Shown here piece by piece: positions 16,033-32,108 of a stretch of DNA of 64,000 nucleotides. The translations under genes and the position numbers were made by a program. Positions within the stretch are counted from its first letter, which is position 1; each line of letters starts with the position of its first letter. This stretch comes from Eledone cirrhosa (lineage: Eukaryota). The notes below the pieces were generated by a model that was given only the letters and a program-made list of their open reading frames with translations, was not told the DNA's origin and searched no databases. The stretch lies in assembly GCA_964016885.1 (NCBI GenBank), contig OZ024740.1, positions 316,634,001-316,698,000 of the forward strand, written 5' to 3'.

Positions 16033-16149
16033 ATTAACACTTAGAATTTAATATTCTATCATACTATTTCATTATAATACCATTATATATATTTTAAAGG
16101 ATTGTAAATAAAACGAGTAAATCAGACAAAGTTGGAATTCCTCTTATTA

Positions 16150-16794
16150 ATACATATATATATATACACATATATATATGCATATATATATTCACATATA
16201 TATATACATATATATATACATATATATACATATACATATATGCATATATATATTCACATATATATATACATATATATATACATATATATACATATACATA
16301 TATATATATATATATTCACATATATATATACATATATATATACATATATATACATATACATATATATATATATATATTCACATATATATATACATATATA
16401 TATACATATATATACATATACATATATATATACATATAAATACATATATACACATATATACATACATATATACATATATATATACATATATACATACATA
16501 TATACATATATACACATATATATATACATATATACATATATACACATATATATATACATATATACATATATACACATATATATATACATATATATATATA
16601 CATATATACATATACATATATACACATATATATATACATATATATATACATATATACATATACATATATACACATATATATATACATATATATATATACA
16701 TATATACATATACATATATACACATATATATATACATACATATATATACATATATACACATATATATATACATACATATATACATATATATATA

Positions 16795-16858
<64 letters not shown>

Positions 16859-16868
16859 AATACATATA

Positions 16869-16902
<34 letters not shown>

Positions 16903-16928
16903 AATACATATATATATATATAAATACA

Positions 16929-16982
<54 letters not shown>

Positions 16983-16993
16983 CATATATATAC

Positions 16994-17044
<51 letters not shown>

Positions 17045-17045
17045 C

Positions 17046-17132
<87 letters not shown>
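16150..17132. repeat. (TA)n/TACA microsatellite
   Basis: Directly visible. Confidence 0.98.
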
Positions 17133-17136
<4 letters not shown>

Positions 17137-17330
17137 TACTTGGGGAGGGTCATATTTGTGTAATATTGCCAGAATTAATAACAGAAGACACTCACTGTTT
17201 GGTTGGTTTTCGCTTTTCGCTTCTGTGTCTTTTATATCGGTAATCTAATTTATTCGGTCCTCAATGTTGCCATTGACTGACCAACGGTCAAAAATGATAC
17301 AGATACAATATAGACACAAACACATGTTAC
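17133..17330 (-). mobile_element. Putative PLE 3'-terminal fragment
   Basis: On the minus strand it ends in ATGACCCTCCCCAAGTATAAC, nearly identical to 19385-19405 in the PLE 3' region. Homologous to 60151-60236. Confidence 0.55.
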
Positions 17331-17388
17331 ATATATATATATATACATATATATATATACATATACATATATACATATACATATATAC

Positions 17389-17717
17389 TCATCATTTTAC
17401 GTCCCCTTTTCCCTGCATGCAAGGGTGGGACGGGAACTGATTTTGGCTTGAATTCTACAGCTGGATGCCCTTCCTAACACCAACCTCATTTACAGTGAGT
17501 GCTGGGTGCTTTTTTGCCATGGCACCTCCACGACCACTTTGCCGTGGAATTATATGGAACCCAGTCCCTATCATCTCATTTCTACAGCTGAGTAAACTGG
17601 AGCAATGTGAAATAAAGTGTCTTGCTCAAGGAAACAACACATCACCCGGTCTGAGAATTGAACTCACAACCTTTCGATTGCAAGGCCAATGCTCTAACCA
17701 CTAAGCCATGTGCCTCC
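17389..17717 (-). mobile_element. tRNA-derived SINE family S1, second full copy
   Basis: Reverse complement of 1015-1346; inserted in the TA array. Confidence 0.87.
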
Positions 17718-17906
17718 ATATACATATACATATATATACATATATATATACATATATATACATACATATACATATATATATATATATATATATACATACA
17801 TATATATACATATATATATATACATATATATACATACATATATATACATATATATACATACATATACATATATATATATACATATATACATATACATATA
17901 TACATA

Positions 17907-19464
17907 TATTTGCTGGATGCTTTCCATTGTGAGAAAAACACAATGGAAAGCATCCAGCAAATAGCAAACTCCATCCACCAGAGCATTAGAGTTACTATAG
18001 ACTACCCAAGTAGACACCCCAACCATCGATTACCTGTACTAGACACAGAGCTCTGGTTAGATACCATTAACAACCAAAAACAAATCCTCCATTCCCATTA
18101 TGCCAAACCCATGACTTCCAAACATCTGATCCACCGAAACTCGGCCATTTCGGACCATACCAAAATCAACATACTGATTGCGGATTTGGTACGGGTGATG
18201 AGAAATGTGTCCCGCATGTGCAACCCCGAAGAACTAGAGAGACACATACAACACTTCATCCACCGTATGCAGTTCTCTGGCTACAATCAGAGAGATAGAA
18301 TCAGAGTGTATAGAGGAGCCAGAACCAAATGGGAAAAAATGGTAAATAATGACACAAATGGGACCTGCCCCTTGTATAGGAGCAAATTTTGGAATAGAAT
18401 AGAAAGAACTAGGAACAAGGCCAATAGAATAAACTCATGGTATGATAGCAATAAATACCAGAGTGTAATGTTCATCAATACAACCCCTAGAGGCGAACTA
18501 GCCTACAAATTTAGAAGGGCCCTAAATAAACATAAACTCAATATTAAGATAGTAGAAAGACCAGGTACCTCCGTAAAAACACTTATTAGCAGGACATACC
18601 CGTTCCAAAGACCCTCATGTATAGATAAGAAATGTATAACCTGTAAAATAAGCCCCCATATTAACTGTAAAACTAGAAATGTAGTGTATAGCATAAGATG
18701 TACTGAAGGACAATGTAGAAACAAAAATATAGTGTACATAGGTGAGACAGCTCGTAGTATAGGGGAACGAATAAATGAACACTGGCGAGACCTTCAAGAT
18801 AATAAAGAATCATCTGTGCTCTACCAACATGCTAAGATAGAACAGAAATAAAAATAGAATCCACACACAGAAAAGATGCAATGTTTAGGCAAATTACAGA
18901 GGCAGTAAGCATAAAAGAATTACAACCAAAATTGAATAGAAAATATGAGTGGAACAGCAACATCACAACTTACAATTAAGGACAAAATGAAAACACACAC
19001 AGGACAAAATGAAAACACACACACACATAGAACAAACAACCAACCAACAATAAATAAATAAATAAATAAACAAATAGATAAATAAACACAAACACATACA
19101 CACCCGGATGTGGCGCATGCGCAAACTTAGCACACAACACACACACAGAAACAAAATGGCGTAGGATAGAAGAAAGGAAAGGCACAGAAACAAAGAAAGG
19201 AACCCCCAGTCACTGAAGAGGTCACAGAGTGTGTGACGAAAGGACTATGACTATATATAAACAACTATCTGGTTGTGGAACCAACCAACCAACCAGAAAT
19301 TTATAAGTTTGTAGATTTGTAAATTTATAAATATATAATAAATTGAAGTGAAAGCAACTGGTGCGTGTGTTTCTTATTGGCAACATGACCCTCCCAAAGT
19401 ATAACAATATCGGTTTCAACACACGATTTCAGATAAAGAATCTTGCTAAACAAATTCAGAAACG
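17907..19464 (+). mobile_element. 5'-truncated Penelope-like retroelement (RT C-terminus/thumb, Cys-rich linker, GIY-YIG endonuclease, 3' pLTR)
   Basis: [16 protein letters not shown]...SA...K, linker CIDKKCITC...C, GIY-YIG VVYSIRC...[16 protein letters not shown]. After a frameshift near 18845 it continues DAMFRQITEAVSI...PKLNRKYEW to a stop at 18979. Hammerhead at 19208-19252. The Cys linker suggests a Neptune/Naiad-like clade (inference). Confidence 0.92.
19208..19252 (+). ncRNA. Candidate minimal type I hammerhead ribozyme in the PLE pLTR
   Basis: Stem I AGTCA/TGACT; CTGAAGA plus one extra G; stem II GTCACA/TGTGAC; GAAA-GGAC-TA. Confidence 0.75.
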
Positions 19465-19478
19465 ACATATATATATAC

Positions 19479-19559
<81 letters not shown>

Positions 19560-19708
19560 CATATATATATACATATACATATACATATACATATATATAT
19601 ACATATACATATACATATATATATATATATACATATATATATACATATACATATATATATATATACATATATATACACATATATATATATATATACATAT
19701 ATATATAC

Positions 19709-19743
<35 letters not shown>

Positions 19744-19783
19744 CAGATATATATACATATATATATACATATATATATATATA

Positions 19784-20025
19784 CGTTAACCTTGGTCTTC
19801 CCCTTCTAGTGTGTTGTCCATGTAGGGGCTCCCAAAGGAGTCCTGAGTGCAATGTCAACTCTGGATGTCGGTGAGCATGTCCAGCTAACCTCAGTCTCCT
19901 CTGTGTCACTTTTGACACTGGTCTGTTGGAGACGCAAGACATGGCAGCGATAATGAGGGACAGAGACCGCTGGAGAGAACTCGTTCATGGATCTCGGGAA
20001 TTTTACCCGCTTTGGATAGATAGAT
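19784..20025. mobile_element. 3' end of a distinct RTE-type LINE with an inverted 5' segment
   Basis: Minus strand 19784-19920 reads [15 protein letters not shown]...LLWEP.HG...RGRPRLT. Plus strand from 19914 reads [21 protein letters not shown], followed by GATAGATAGATA. Confidence 0.8.
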
Positions 20026-23999
<3,974 letters not shown>

Positions 24000-24000
<1 letters not shown>

Positions 24001-24592
24001 TCATCATCATCATCGTTTAACGTCCATTTTCCATGCTAGCATGGGTCTGGACGGGAATTGTCCCACTTGAGGCAAGATTGGTTGTCTTGTCCGTATAGGA
24101 CTGTCTGGCAGATTTTCTACGGTTGGATACCCTCCCTAACACCAACCACGTTTACAGTGTGAACTGGAAGGTTTTTACCGTGTTAGCTACACGGCCACAT
24201 TACAGCGTGGACTGTGTGTTTTTTGTCATGACACCTACACGACCTCATTTATTTCGGACTGGATGTTGTGGTACCAACATAACTTCACATTTAAAGGGGT
24301 GGTGTGGATGGGATGGGGGTAGTGGGACGGGGGGTGTATTTTGTTAGAGGTGCCTACTGACTGTAGGTTTCGCTTTGTACTTAGGCAAGGCGGGTCTTCT
24401 GTATTACTGTGTAGCGCCAAAGATCTCGGTCCAGTGACATTGTCTTGGAGAGGTGTAAGTGTGTGAGGTCGGAATTTATGAAGTTGTCCCAGGTTATATA
24501 TATATATATATATATAACCTGGGACGACTTCATAAATTCCGACCTCACACACTTACACCTCTCCAAGACAATGATGATGATGATGCTGATGA
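24000..24592 (-). mobile_element. Short RTE family-C-like 3' fragment with palindromic duplication of its 5' end
   Basis: Homologous to 12738-13360. 24438-24494 is mirrored at 24517-24573. Confidence 0.88.
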
Positions 24593-24638
24593 TATATATA
24601 TATATACATATATATATAAGCTGAAGGAGAAACTGAGT

Positions 24639-24854
24639 TTAACCCAATAGCATTTACATTACTCTATATTTACTATTGTATTTTCATGGTAAAGATTTTA
24701 TCTCACGTAATAGCGAATCTATGAGATTTTGATATTATTTATTTTGAGAACGATTCTTTAAAGTCAGTACAAGAGGCCAGTTATGGTCAGTTTGAACAGA
24801 AAGAGATAAGATAATTCTGGTCAGATATGGCTGGTTTAAATGCTAAAGTGCTAA
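24639..24854. mobile_element. TTAA-flanked MITE (piggyBac-like termini); copies at 38762-38986 and a partial one at 61485-61594
   Basis: TTAACCC..TAGCATTTA...TAAATGCTAAAGGGTTAA-type termini; internal sequence shared among copies. Confidence 0.7.
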
Positions 24855-25123
24855 GAGGAATCCAAGATGGTGTGCAGGAGAAAAGACTGCATTGGTATGC
24901 ACATGACCAATGGGTGAAAAAATGCCAGGAAATCCCAGTGGAAGGAAGTTGCAGTAGAGGATGACCAAGAAAGACCTGGGCAAACGTTGAGAGAGCTGAC
25001 CACAAGTCACTAAGACTGGAAGAGATGACAAAGGAACGTGACAAGTGAAGAGATACCATGTTGAGAAGGACCTGTCCAACCCATGCAAGCATGAAAAAGC
25101 AGATGTAAAAACGATGATGATGA
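24855..25123 (+). mobile_element. Decayed RTE family-B-like 3' fragment (similar pieces at 42925-43150 -, 58995-59216 +, 59590-59795 +)
   Basis: Similar to 10140-10435; ends CCCATGCAAGCATGAAAAAGCAGATGTAAAAACGATGATG. Confidence 0.8.
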
Positions 25124-25306
25124 CTATAATATAATCATCATAAAAAAGGGTTGAGAAGATCCTTCAGTCATAACATGGTGTGACAATCGCTTGTTGGTGA
25201 TCTACAAAATAAATGCACTCAGTACACAATGTAAGTGGTTGGTGATAGGAAGGCCATCCAGCTGTAGAAAGCTTACCAAACAAATGGTTGGGAGGACCCT
25301 CAGTTT

Positions 25307-25369
<63 letters not shown>

Positions 25370-25611
25370 TCATGGTTTAACATCCTCTTTCCCTGCTAGA
25401 TCAAGTCAGTACTGAAGCAGGGCTACTGACCTCCCTGACAGGCCGTAGGGTCTGCATCTCACTTTCATATGGGTTATCATGTTTTTGACACAACTGAAGG
25501 GTCTCCCGATCCTTTTTTTTTAATGATGATATATATGATATATATCATCATCATCATTCATCATTTCATTTTACGTCCGCTTTTTCCCTGCTTGCAAGGG
25601 TGGGACAGGAA

Positions 25612-25659
<48 letters not shown>

Positions 25660-25663
<4 letters not shown>

Positions 25664-25767
25664 ATTGTTTCTACTTTAGGCACAAGGCCAGCAATTACCC
25701 AGTGCATTACTGGTACTTTATTTTATCGACCCCGTAAGGATGAAAGGTAAAGTCAACCTCGGCGGGA
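25660..25767 (-). mobile_element. Truncated tRNA-SINE family S2
   Basis: Reverse complement of the GCCTTTCATCCTTACGGGGTCGATAAAATAAAGTACCAG domain plus tail. Confidence 0.85.
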
Positions 25768-25774
25768 TATATAT

Positions 25775-26470
25775 ATAATAATGAAATTATTGTGTACAGT
25801 GCTCAGGTGCACTACAACTCATCAAAGGTGCATGTATAGTACATAGAATAATGTACAAATGTAATAGTCATGATATACATGTGTGTGTGTGTTTGGAGGG
25901 GGAATATCAAGTATAGTGTTGGCGAAGCATGGAGGTTTTAAAGGATGCAGTGTCCCAGCAGCTAACAACTGATGCAGGTAGTTTGTTCCAGCCATGCTTC
26001 AGCAACTCTGAGCGTGAAAAATATTTCCGAAAGTCATGGGAACTGTGCTGTTTTCTGACTTTGTTGGCATGCTCACGGGGATTAGGCACATAGAATTCAA
26101 AAAGGTGCTCAGAGTTGTTGTTGGCAAGATGGTTAATAATTTTGTGGGTGTTTACCAAGTCAACTGCCAGGCGTTGGAGCTTCAATGTATCCATGCCCAG
26201 GGAAGCAAGGAGTTTAGAGTATGGTAGATGTCTGATGGAGGGTATTCGCTTGGTTGCACATCTCTGAACAGTTTCCAAGAGGTCAATGTTCTGAGCAGGA
26301 TAGGGGTTCCAGACTGATGATGCAAATACTAAGTGTGGCCACACCATAGCTATATACAGCTTTAAATAGATAGCTGGAGAGTGGTGGACAAAGGTCTTGC
26401 TGAGTGATGCCAAGACACCCTCGGCCTTCTTGACAATTTTAGAGATTTGTTTTGTCTAACGCAAATCGCT
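25775..26470 (-). mobile_element. CR1-clade LINE 3' fragment
   Basis: Peptide PHLVFASSVWNPY...LETVQRCATKRI...LPY...L.QR...DL..THKI...WNKLP; (ATT)n tail. Confidence 0.9.
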
Positions 26471-26710
26471 TGTGTCAAAAACATGACAACCTTGTATTTA
26501 TCGTTGTTGTGGTATAAGTATGACCACTGCTTTTGGTCACTTTTCTTGGTGTCATACTTTCTTAACTTTTGTGTTTACTCTGGATGATAATATATTAACT
26601 TCTCACTCCATTGATTGGTTTGTGACTGCCTTAAACAATTTCAATCAGTACCTGCTATATTGCAGCTACAACTTCGATTCAAACCCAATATGTGTGTGTA
26701 TGTATATATA

Positions 26711-26962
26711 TATATATATATATATAAAATATGGGCCAAGATATCAGGGAAAATGAATGAAACACAGACAGACCCATTTCATCAGTCAATCACTGGAGAT
26801 ATATCATTTTGGTGCTTTAAGTGACAATATTAGTATTGAAACGATATATCTCCAGTGATTGACTGATAAGATGGGACTGTCTGTGTTTTGTTCGTTCTTC
26901 CGTTGTCTTCGCACCTATTTTTTATTCATTTTATGATTTTAGCCATCTGGGACTCTTTTTTG

Positions 26963-26966
<4 letters not shown>
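26711..26966. repeat. Hairpin island between TA tracts
   Basis: Inverted arms at 26760-26805 and 26843-26888; the inner 25 bp are perfect. Confidence 0.7.
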
Positions 26967-27003
<37 letters not shown>

Positions 27004-27436
27004 TAATCCACCTGGTTGTGGTGGGGGTGATAATGTTAGAATTCCATGTGTCATTGGAAGGATGGATGATTCGGCAGTATGACCATTAGCCTTTATGGTA
27101 GGTGATCACCGCTTAAGATATCCTCAAAGAAAATCTGTCCGAGTACAGTCATTTACATATATGTGTCTACAGGCATGCTGGGCACCAGTCAATCATATGA
27201 ACTCCTAGGACATAAACACACATACACACACACAAACGTCAACACAGACATAGACAGACAGACACATATACACACTTACACACATTTGGAAGCATCTGAA
27301 ACTATAATGATTTTCAGAAGACAGCCGATGAGTAGGAATAGTCCATGTTCTTGTCTCTTCCGAGTTTTCTATTTCCTGTATATGTCCCACATGTTTTTTA
27401 AATTATACATACATACCTACGCACACACACACACAG

Positions 27437-27632
27437 AAATGACTTCTACATGACTAGAACTGTTTCATTCGTATCAAATCATCAGGGTCATTCCTGACGA
27501 TTTCATACAATTGAAACAAGTCTAGTTCTCTAAAAGTCATTTTTATATATAATAAAGATGCCTATATTCTACCAATGTATTGAGTACCTTTTTTTAATTG
27601 TGGTTACCCCCTGACACAACTTGGGAATTTAC
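27437..27632 (+). mobile_element. Putative PLE pLTR mini-element with divergent hammerhead-like cores
   Basis: CTGACGA..GAAAC on + (27494-27517) and CTGATGA..GAAAC on - (27462-27485). AATAAA at 27551, GTATTGAGTACC at ~27577. Relative at 51141-51270. Confidence 0.65.
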
Positions 27633-27915
27633 ATATCCTATGTATACACATATATGAGTGTGTATGTCTCTCTCTCTCTATATATATATATATATACAGA
27701 GTGTAATATAATACAAGGACGATTTCTTAAGCCTCCATTACGTTTATTGATTGGTGACGCGTGTTTCGCTATTGATCAGCTCAAGGTTTGATCTGTATTG
27801 ATCTGGCCTGACACTGGAATCAAAAGCTCGACGGCCCTCTGCTGTTGTAATGACAGAATGAACATATATATGAAATACATGAAGTTGTATATCTGGCGAC
27901 ATATGTTATGTTTAT

Positions 27916-27954
<39 letters not shown>

Positions 27955-28487
27955 CAAGCTTCTATAGTTTCCATCTACTCAATTCCACTGTCAAGGCAAT
28001 TATCAACCTGTGACTATAGTAAAAGACACATGCCCAAACCAAAATGCCATGCAGTGGGAGTGAACCTAAAAGCAACTGGTTGTGAAGTGAACTCCTGTGT
28101 ATGTTTATATCATGAGGATGATATACATTTAAACGTGTGAGTGTCCTAAATGCAGAAAATGACGATAATAAAAACTGATCACTATAAATAATAGCTGAAA
28201 AATTTGGGTAAAATTCCCATGGAGAATTAACGGAAAAAAATGGACAGAAGTGAATTCTTATATATTTGCGAAAAAATGGCAATTCCAATAAAATCAATTG
28301 ATTGACACTGAACAGTATGATTAGAGGACAGATCAATATTTATGTAAAAGAAATTTCAACAGAATATTCTTACCGTCTTGATTATAGTTCCAATGAAGCA
28401 TTCGTGGTGTTGACAAGGGATCTATATATTCCTGGCAGTCCATTAGGAGAGACGACATTATAATGCTGGCATTAGATTTTACACATA

Positions 28488-28530
<43 letters not shown>

Positions 28531-29289
28531 CATGTATATATTTACATGTATTTATATATAAACATATATATCTACACACACACACCTCTATATTTACATT
28601 ACTATTATTATATATGTGTGTGTATGTGTGTATATATGTGTGTGTATGTGTGTGAACAGTCAGCCAAATGGCTGAACCATTGTTTAGCCTATAGTTCTAT
28701 ATGATAAACTGACCAATCAGAACATCTGAATGTTTTGGGTGACATTTCAGAGCTTCTGAGTTTGACTTAAATAAAGTCAGATATGAGGTTTGATGATTTT
28801 GATTATAGCAAGATAATGTAAACATTTGAGAAGTTTATAGGATGGTCAGCTGCTGGATGGTGTTGAAGACAAAAGAAATTCAAAATGGCAGGGGAGGTAA
28901 GAGCTTCAAAAAGAATAGAAAAGAAAGAATGGCAGAAAGAGTAAGAGGGAGATAGAGAGAGAAATTAAAATAACCTTTAGACTCTTGACAGATGACAATT
29001 CTTGCTGGCTGCTCATCCCCTTACCCAAGTTTCTATAATTTAGCTTCTGTGTATACTATATATGCTTGGTCATCCCTAGGTTGGATTTGTTTAATGGGGG
29101 GTTGGGAATAAATTTATATATTTTTTCAAATACAGACAATTTAATCAAATATATAATTTATATCTGAATAACTTACAGTTCAACCTTTGAATTCTCAAAC
29201 AACAAGAGAGCATTGTTTAACCAACCATCTTGAAGAATACACTCTAGCAGAACAATAACAATACACATACATACATATACATAACAGTT

Positions 29290-29508
29290 AACTACGGAGC
29301 ATCTATGTGGTAACTTGACTTGCTAGAAATAGTAGCCAGATCTCGCTCCCTCATATGAAACCCTGTCATCGTAAAAAAAAAGGTAGAACACATTAAATGT
29401 GTGGTCTAGGGAGCACTGTATCTTTAAAAAAAACGTAGGATGGTCATGGCTGGAATGCCTCTGATCATAGGTTTGCCAAATCATGGCTGACCTGGGGCTA
29501 ATCAACAA
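29290..29508 (+). mobile_element. SINE-like repeat family S4
   Basis: CTAGAAATAGTAGCCA...GGATGGTCATGGCTGGAATGCC...CTGACCTGGGGCTAATCAACAA; several copies in the window. Confidence 0.65.
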
Positions 29509-30412
29509 AATGTCTTAATAGAAGTTATTGTATGTTGTTTGTTTTATGCATAAATTCTTTCTTTTTTCTCTTCTGATACTAACTCAGCCAAAACTGGCTC
29601 TTTTTCTAAGAAATAAAACCACCCATTTTAAAGGATTGTGATGAAATACACTGCCTATATAATTCAATTAATTTTGAAAATATTTTTTAAGAAATCTGTT
29701 GGAATTTAATAAAATAACTTATTTTCATTAGTAAGCCAATGTTTGGAACATAAAAGTTTCTTAATAAAATTGATGAAATATTTTAATATGAATATTTTAA
29801 AATGGGGATTTTTTTAATTATAAAACCTGGGTGGTTAGAAGCAGTTTTGGATTATAAAACCAGGGTGGTTACAGGAAGTTTGGTAATGAAAGGGTCAGGG
29901 TCTAATTTTATATGTAGTTCCTGACCAGGATTGAACCCCAGACCTGGATCTCCACTGTCTCTAATACCAAACACTAGACCAACAATACAGCTACTCATAT
30001 TTTTGGCAGGGTTTTTCTGGTTTGATATCTTTTCTATCACCAACCATTTTACAGCATGGAATAGATGCGTTATTCATGCCACAAGCACTAGAGGTTGTCT
30101 TACTGAACTCAAAAGTCCTCTCTACCCTGTATCAGTTTTTATTTCGAGTGTCTACTCTCCTAGACTGGTTGCCTTCACTACATCTTACAGAGCCCAACAT
30201 CTGCAGAATTAATCATGTATTGAACTTGTGATGTTTGTGTCACTTTGTAGTCTGTGTTTGTTTCCAGTTAGTGTTGCCTTTGGCTTTAATTCTTCCAGGG
30301 TTGGTAAAATAAAGTACCAGTCAAATAATTGACTTACTCTTTTCCTCCAAATTGCTGGCCTTGGGTTAATATTTGAAACCATTATTTAAAAGTTAATTAA
30401 AGGTTAATTAAA

Positions 30413-30618
30413 GGTGGTGGATTGACAGAATCGTTAGAGCATTGAACAAAATGTTTTGCAGCATTTGTTCCAGCACTTCACATTCTGAGTTGATATCAAC
30501 TTTGCCTTTCCTCCTTCCAGGGTCAATAAAATAAAGTACTAGTTAAGTACTTGAGCTGATTTAATTGACTTCCTCTACCCATATTGTTGGTCTTGTGCCT
30601 AAGTTAGAAACCATCATT
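30413..30618 (+). mobile_element. Older tRNA-SINE family S2 copy (partial copy at 30270-30385)
   Basis: GGTGGTGGATTGACAGAATCGTTAGAGC head, TTCTGAGTT, CTTTGCCTTTC...GGGTCAATAAAATAAAGTAC. Confidence 0.75.
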
Positions 30619-31144
30619 AAAAAGTTAATTTATATTATTTTAATTTTTCTATAGTTTTAGTATTTAAAAATGTAATTTAATATAATTCAAAATTTTTACT
30701 CATTGTTTGGGTAGTAAATACAGTTCAAATTTAATATCTTATTACATGAAGTAAACCAAATGACAATATTTTTAATTAAATATACTTAACATTTTTAGTT
30801 TTTCCTCTCTACATTCTAGAATCGATAAAATAATACCCAAATATTACATATTCCCCAACAAAAAATGACCCTTTTGGCTACTCTAAAGAAATTCTTATTA
30901 TAATGGATCTTATGTAAGTATATCTATATATGTAACCAAGACATTGCCAGTTCTTGTTTCTAGCATCTATCATGCCCTCTGTGCATAATTCATATCATAT
31001 ACCAACTCTTATATTAACCACCTCTCTGAAGGAATGAAATAGTGTGAGACAGATTTGATTTTAGACAGGCAAGAGCATCATCTGGTCAGCCTGCTGTATT
31101 ACTGACAAACAATATTTTCCTCATGTAAGGTAGTGTCAATGTAT

Positions 31145-31408
31145 CAGGGTTGGATTTAAACCTTGTGGAGCCCCTTATACTCAAAAAGTTACCTCCCAAT
31201 TTTACATCTCAAATTTAGTTTGGCGCAAGTAATTGAAAAGTTACACAAACAGGTATTAAATTCAAAAATTCTAACCATCCTAAAACTAAAAAGCCCAGCA
31301 GAGGGCACAAATAAATTGCTATGGCCATCGCTGCCCCCCCCCCCCCCTCCCAACTGCAGATGGCCTGGAGCAATTGCCCCCTTTGCACCCCTCATTAAAT
31401 CCAGCCCT
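31145..31408. mobile_element. MITE with CAGGG-type TIRs (hAT-like); rearranged partial copy at 38377-38732
   Basis: CAGGGTTGGATTTAA...TTAAATCCAGCCCT; no clear TSD. Confidence 0.65.
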
Positions 31409-31884
31409 CAAATCTCCTTCAATGTCTTTAAGGAAATATTAGACAATGTAGTTCTAAATATATAGGATGGTCATGACTGGAACGTCTTCATTATAGAAAC
31501 ATGCCTTTCTAGCCAACAACAAAATGTTAGAGATATCAACTGAATTCCCCTCCAATCATATTACCATCCTTTTGCAACAGCATGTACTCAAAGCCCTTTA
31601 GCTAATATAGTGTCATATATAACCCAAGAACAGCTAATAGGACCTTCACAACAAACACAACATGTGGGGCAACAAAAGACCATGAGGAAAATGCAATGTA
31701 TTGTTATGGAAGTAAACAATAATGCATTACCTTTATAACAATGTAAAAAGAGGAATTTCAATGTTTTCATTATTTAGTTTAACAAGAAAGGGCAGAACAC
31801 ATGACATTTGAAGTTCCTCCCAAACTGGTAAGATCTATACAGTTTCAGTTTGCTGTTTAACATGAACTTCTGCTAGCAGATGCC

Positions 31885-32108
31885 TTAAACCTTTCATCAC
31901 CATATTTCTAATAAAATACATTGTATTTGAATTTATGAAGAATTTTGAAGGATTTATTAACATTTTGTCTCATTGTTAAGATGATATTTGTAACATCAAA
32001 TAATGTTTGAAGATTTTAATTTAAACAGGAAACCTTTAAAATGAGTAGTTTAGGTTTATATTACAGAACCAGATGCAGTTTAAGGCAGGTTGATATCAAA
32101 AGGGTTAA
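31885..32108. mobile_element. TTAA-flanked AT-rich MITE; many relatives (e.g. 32172, 40978, 54003)
   Basis: TTAAACCTTTCAT...ATCAAAAGGGTTAA termini. Confidence 0.6.
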
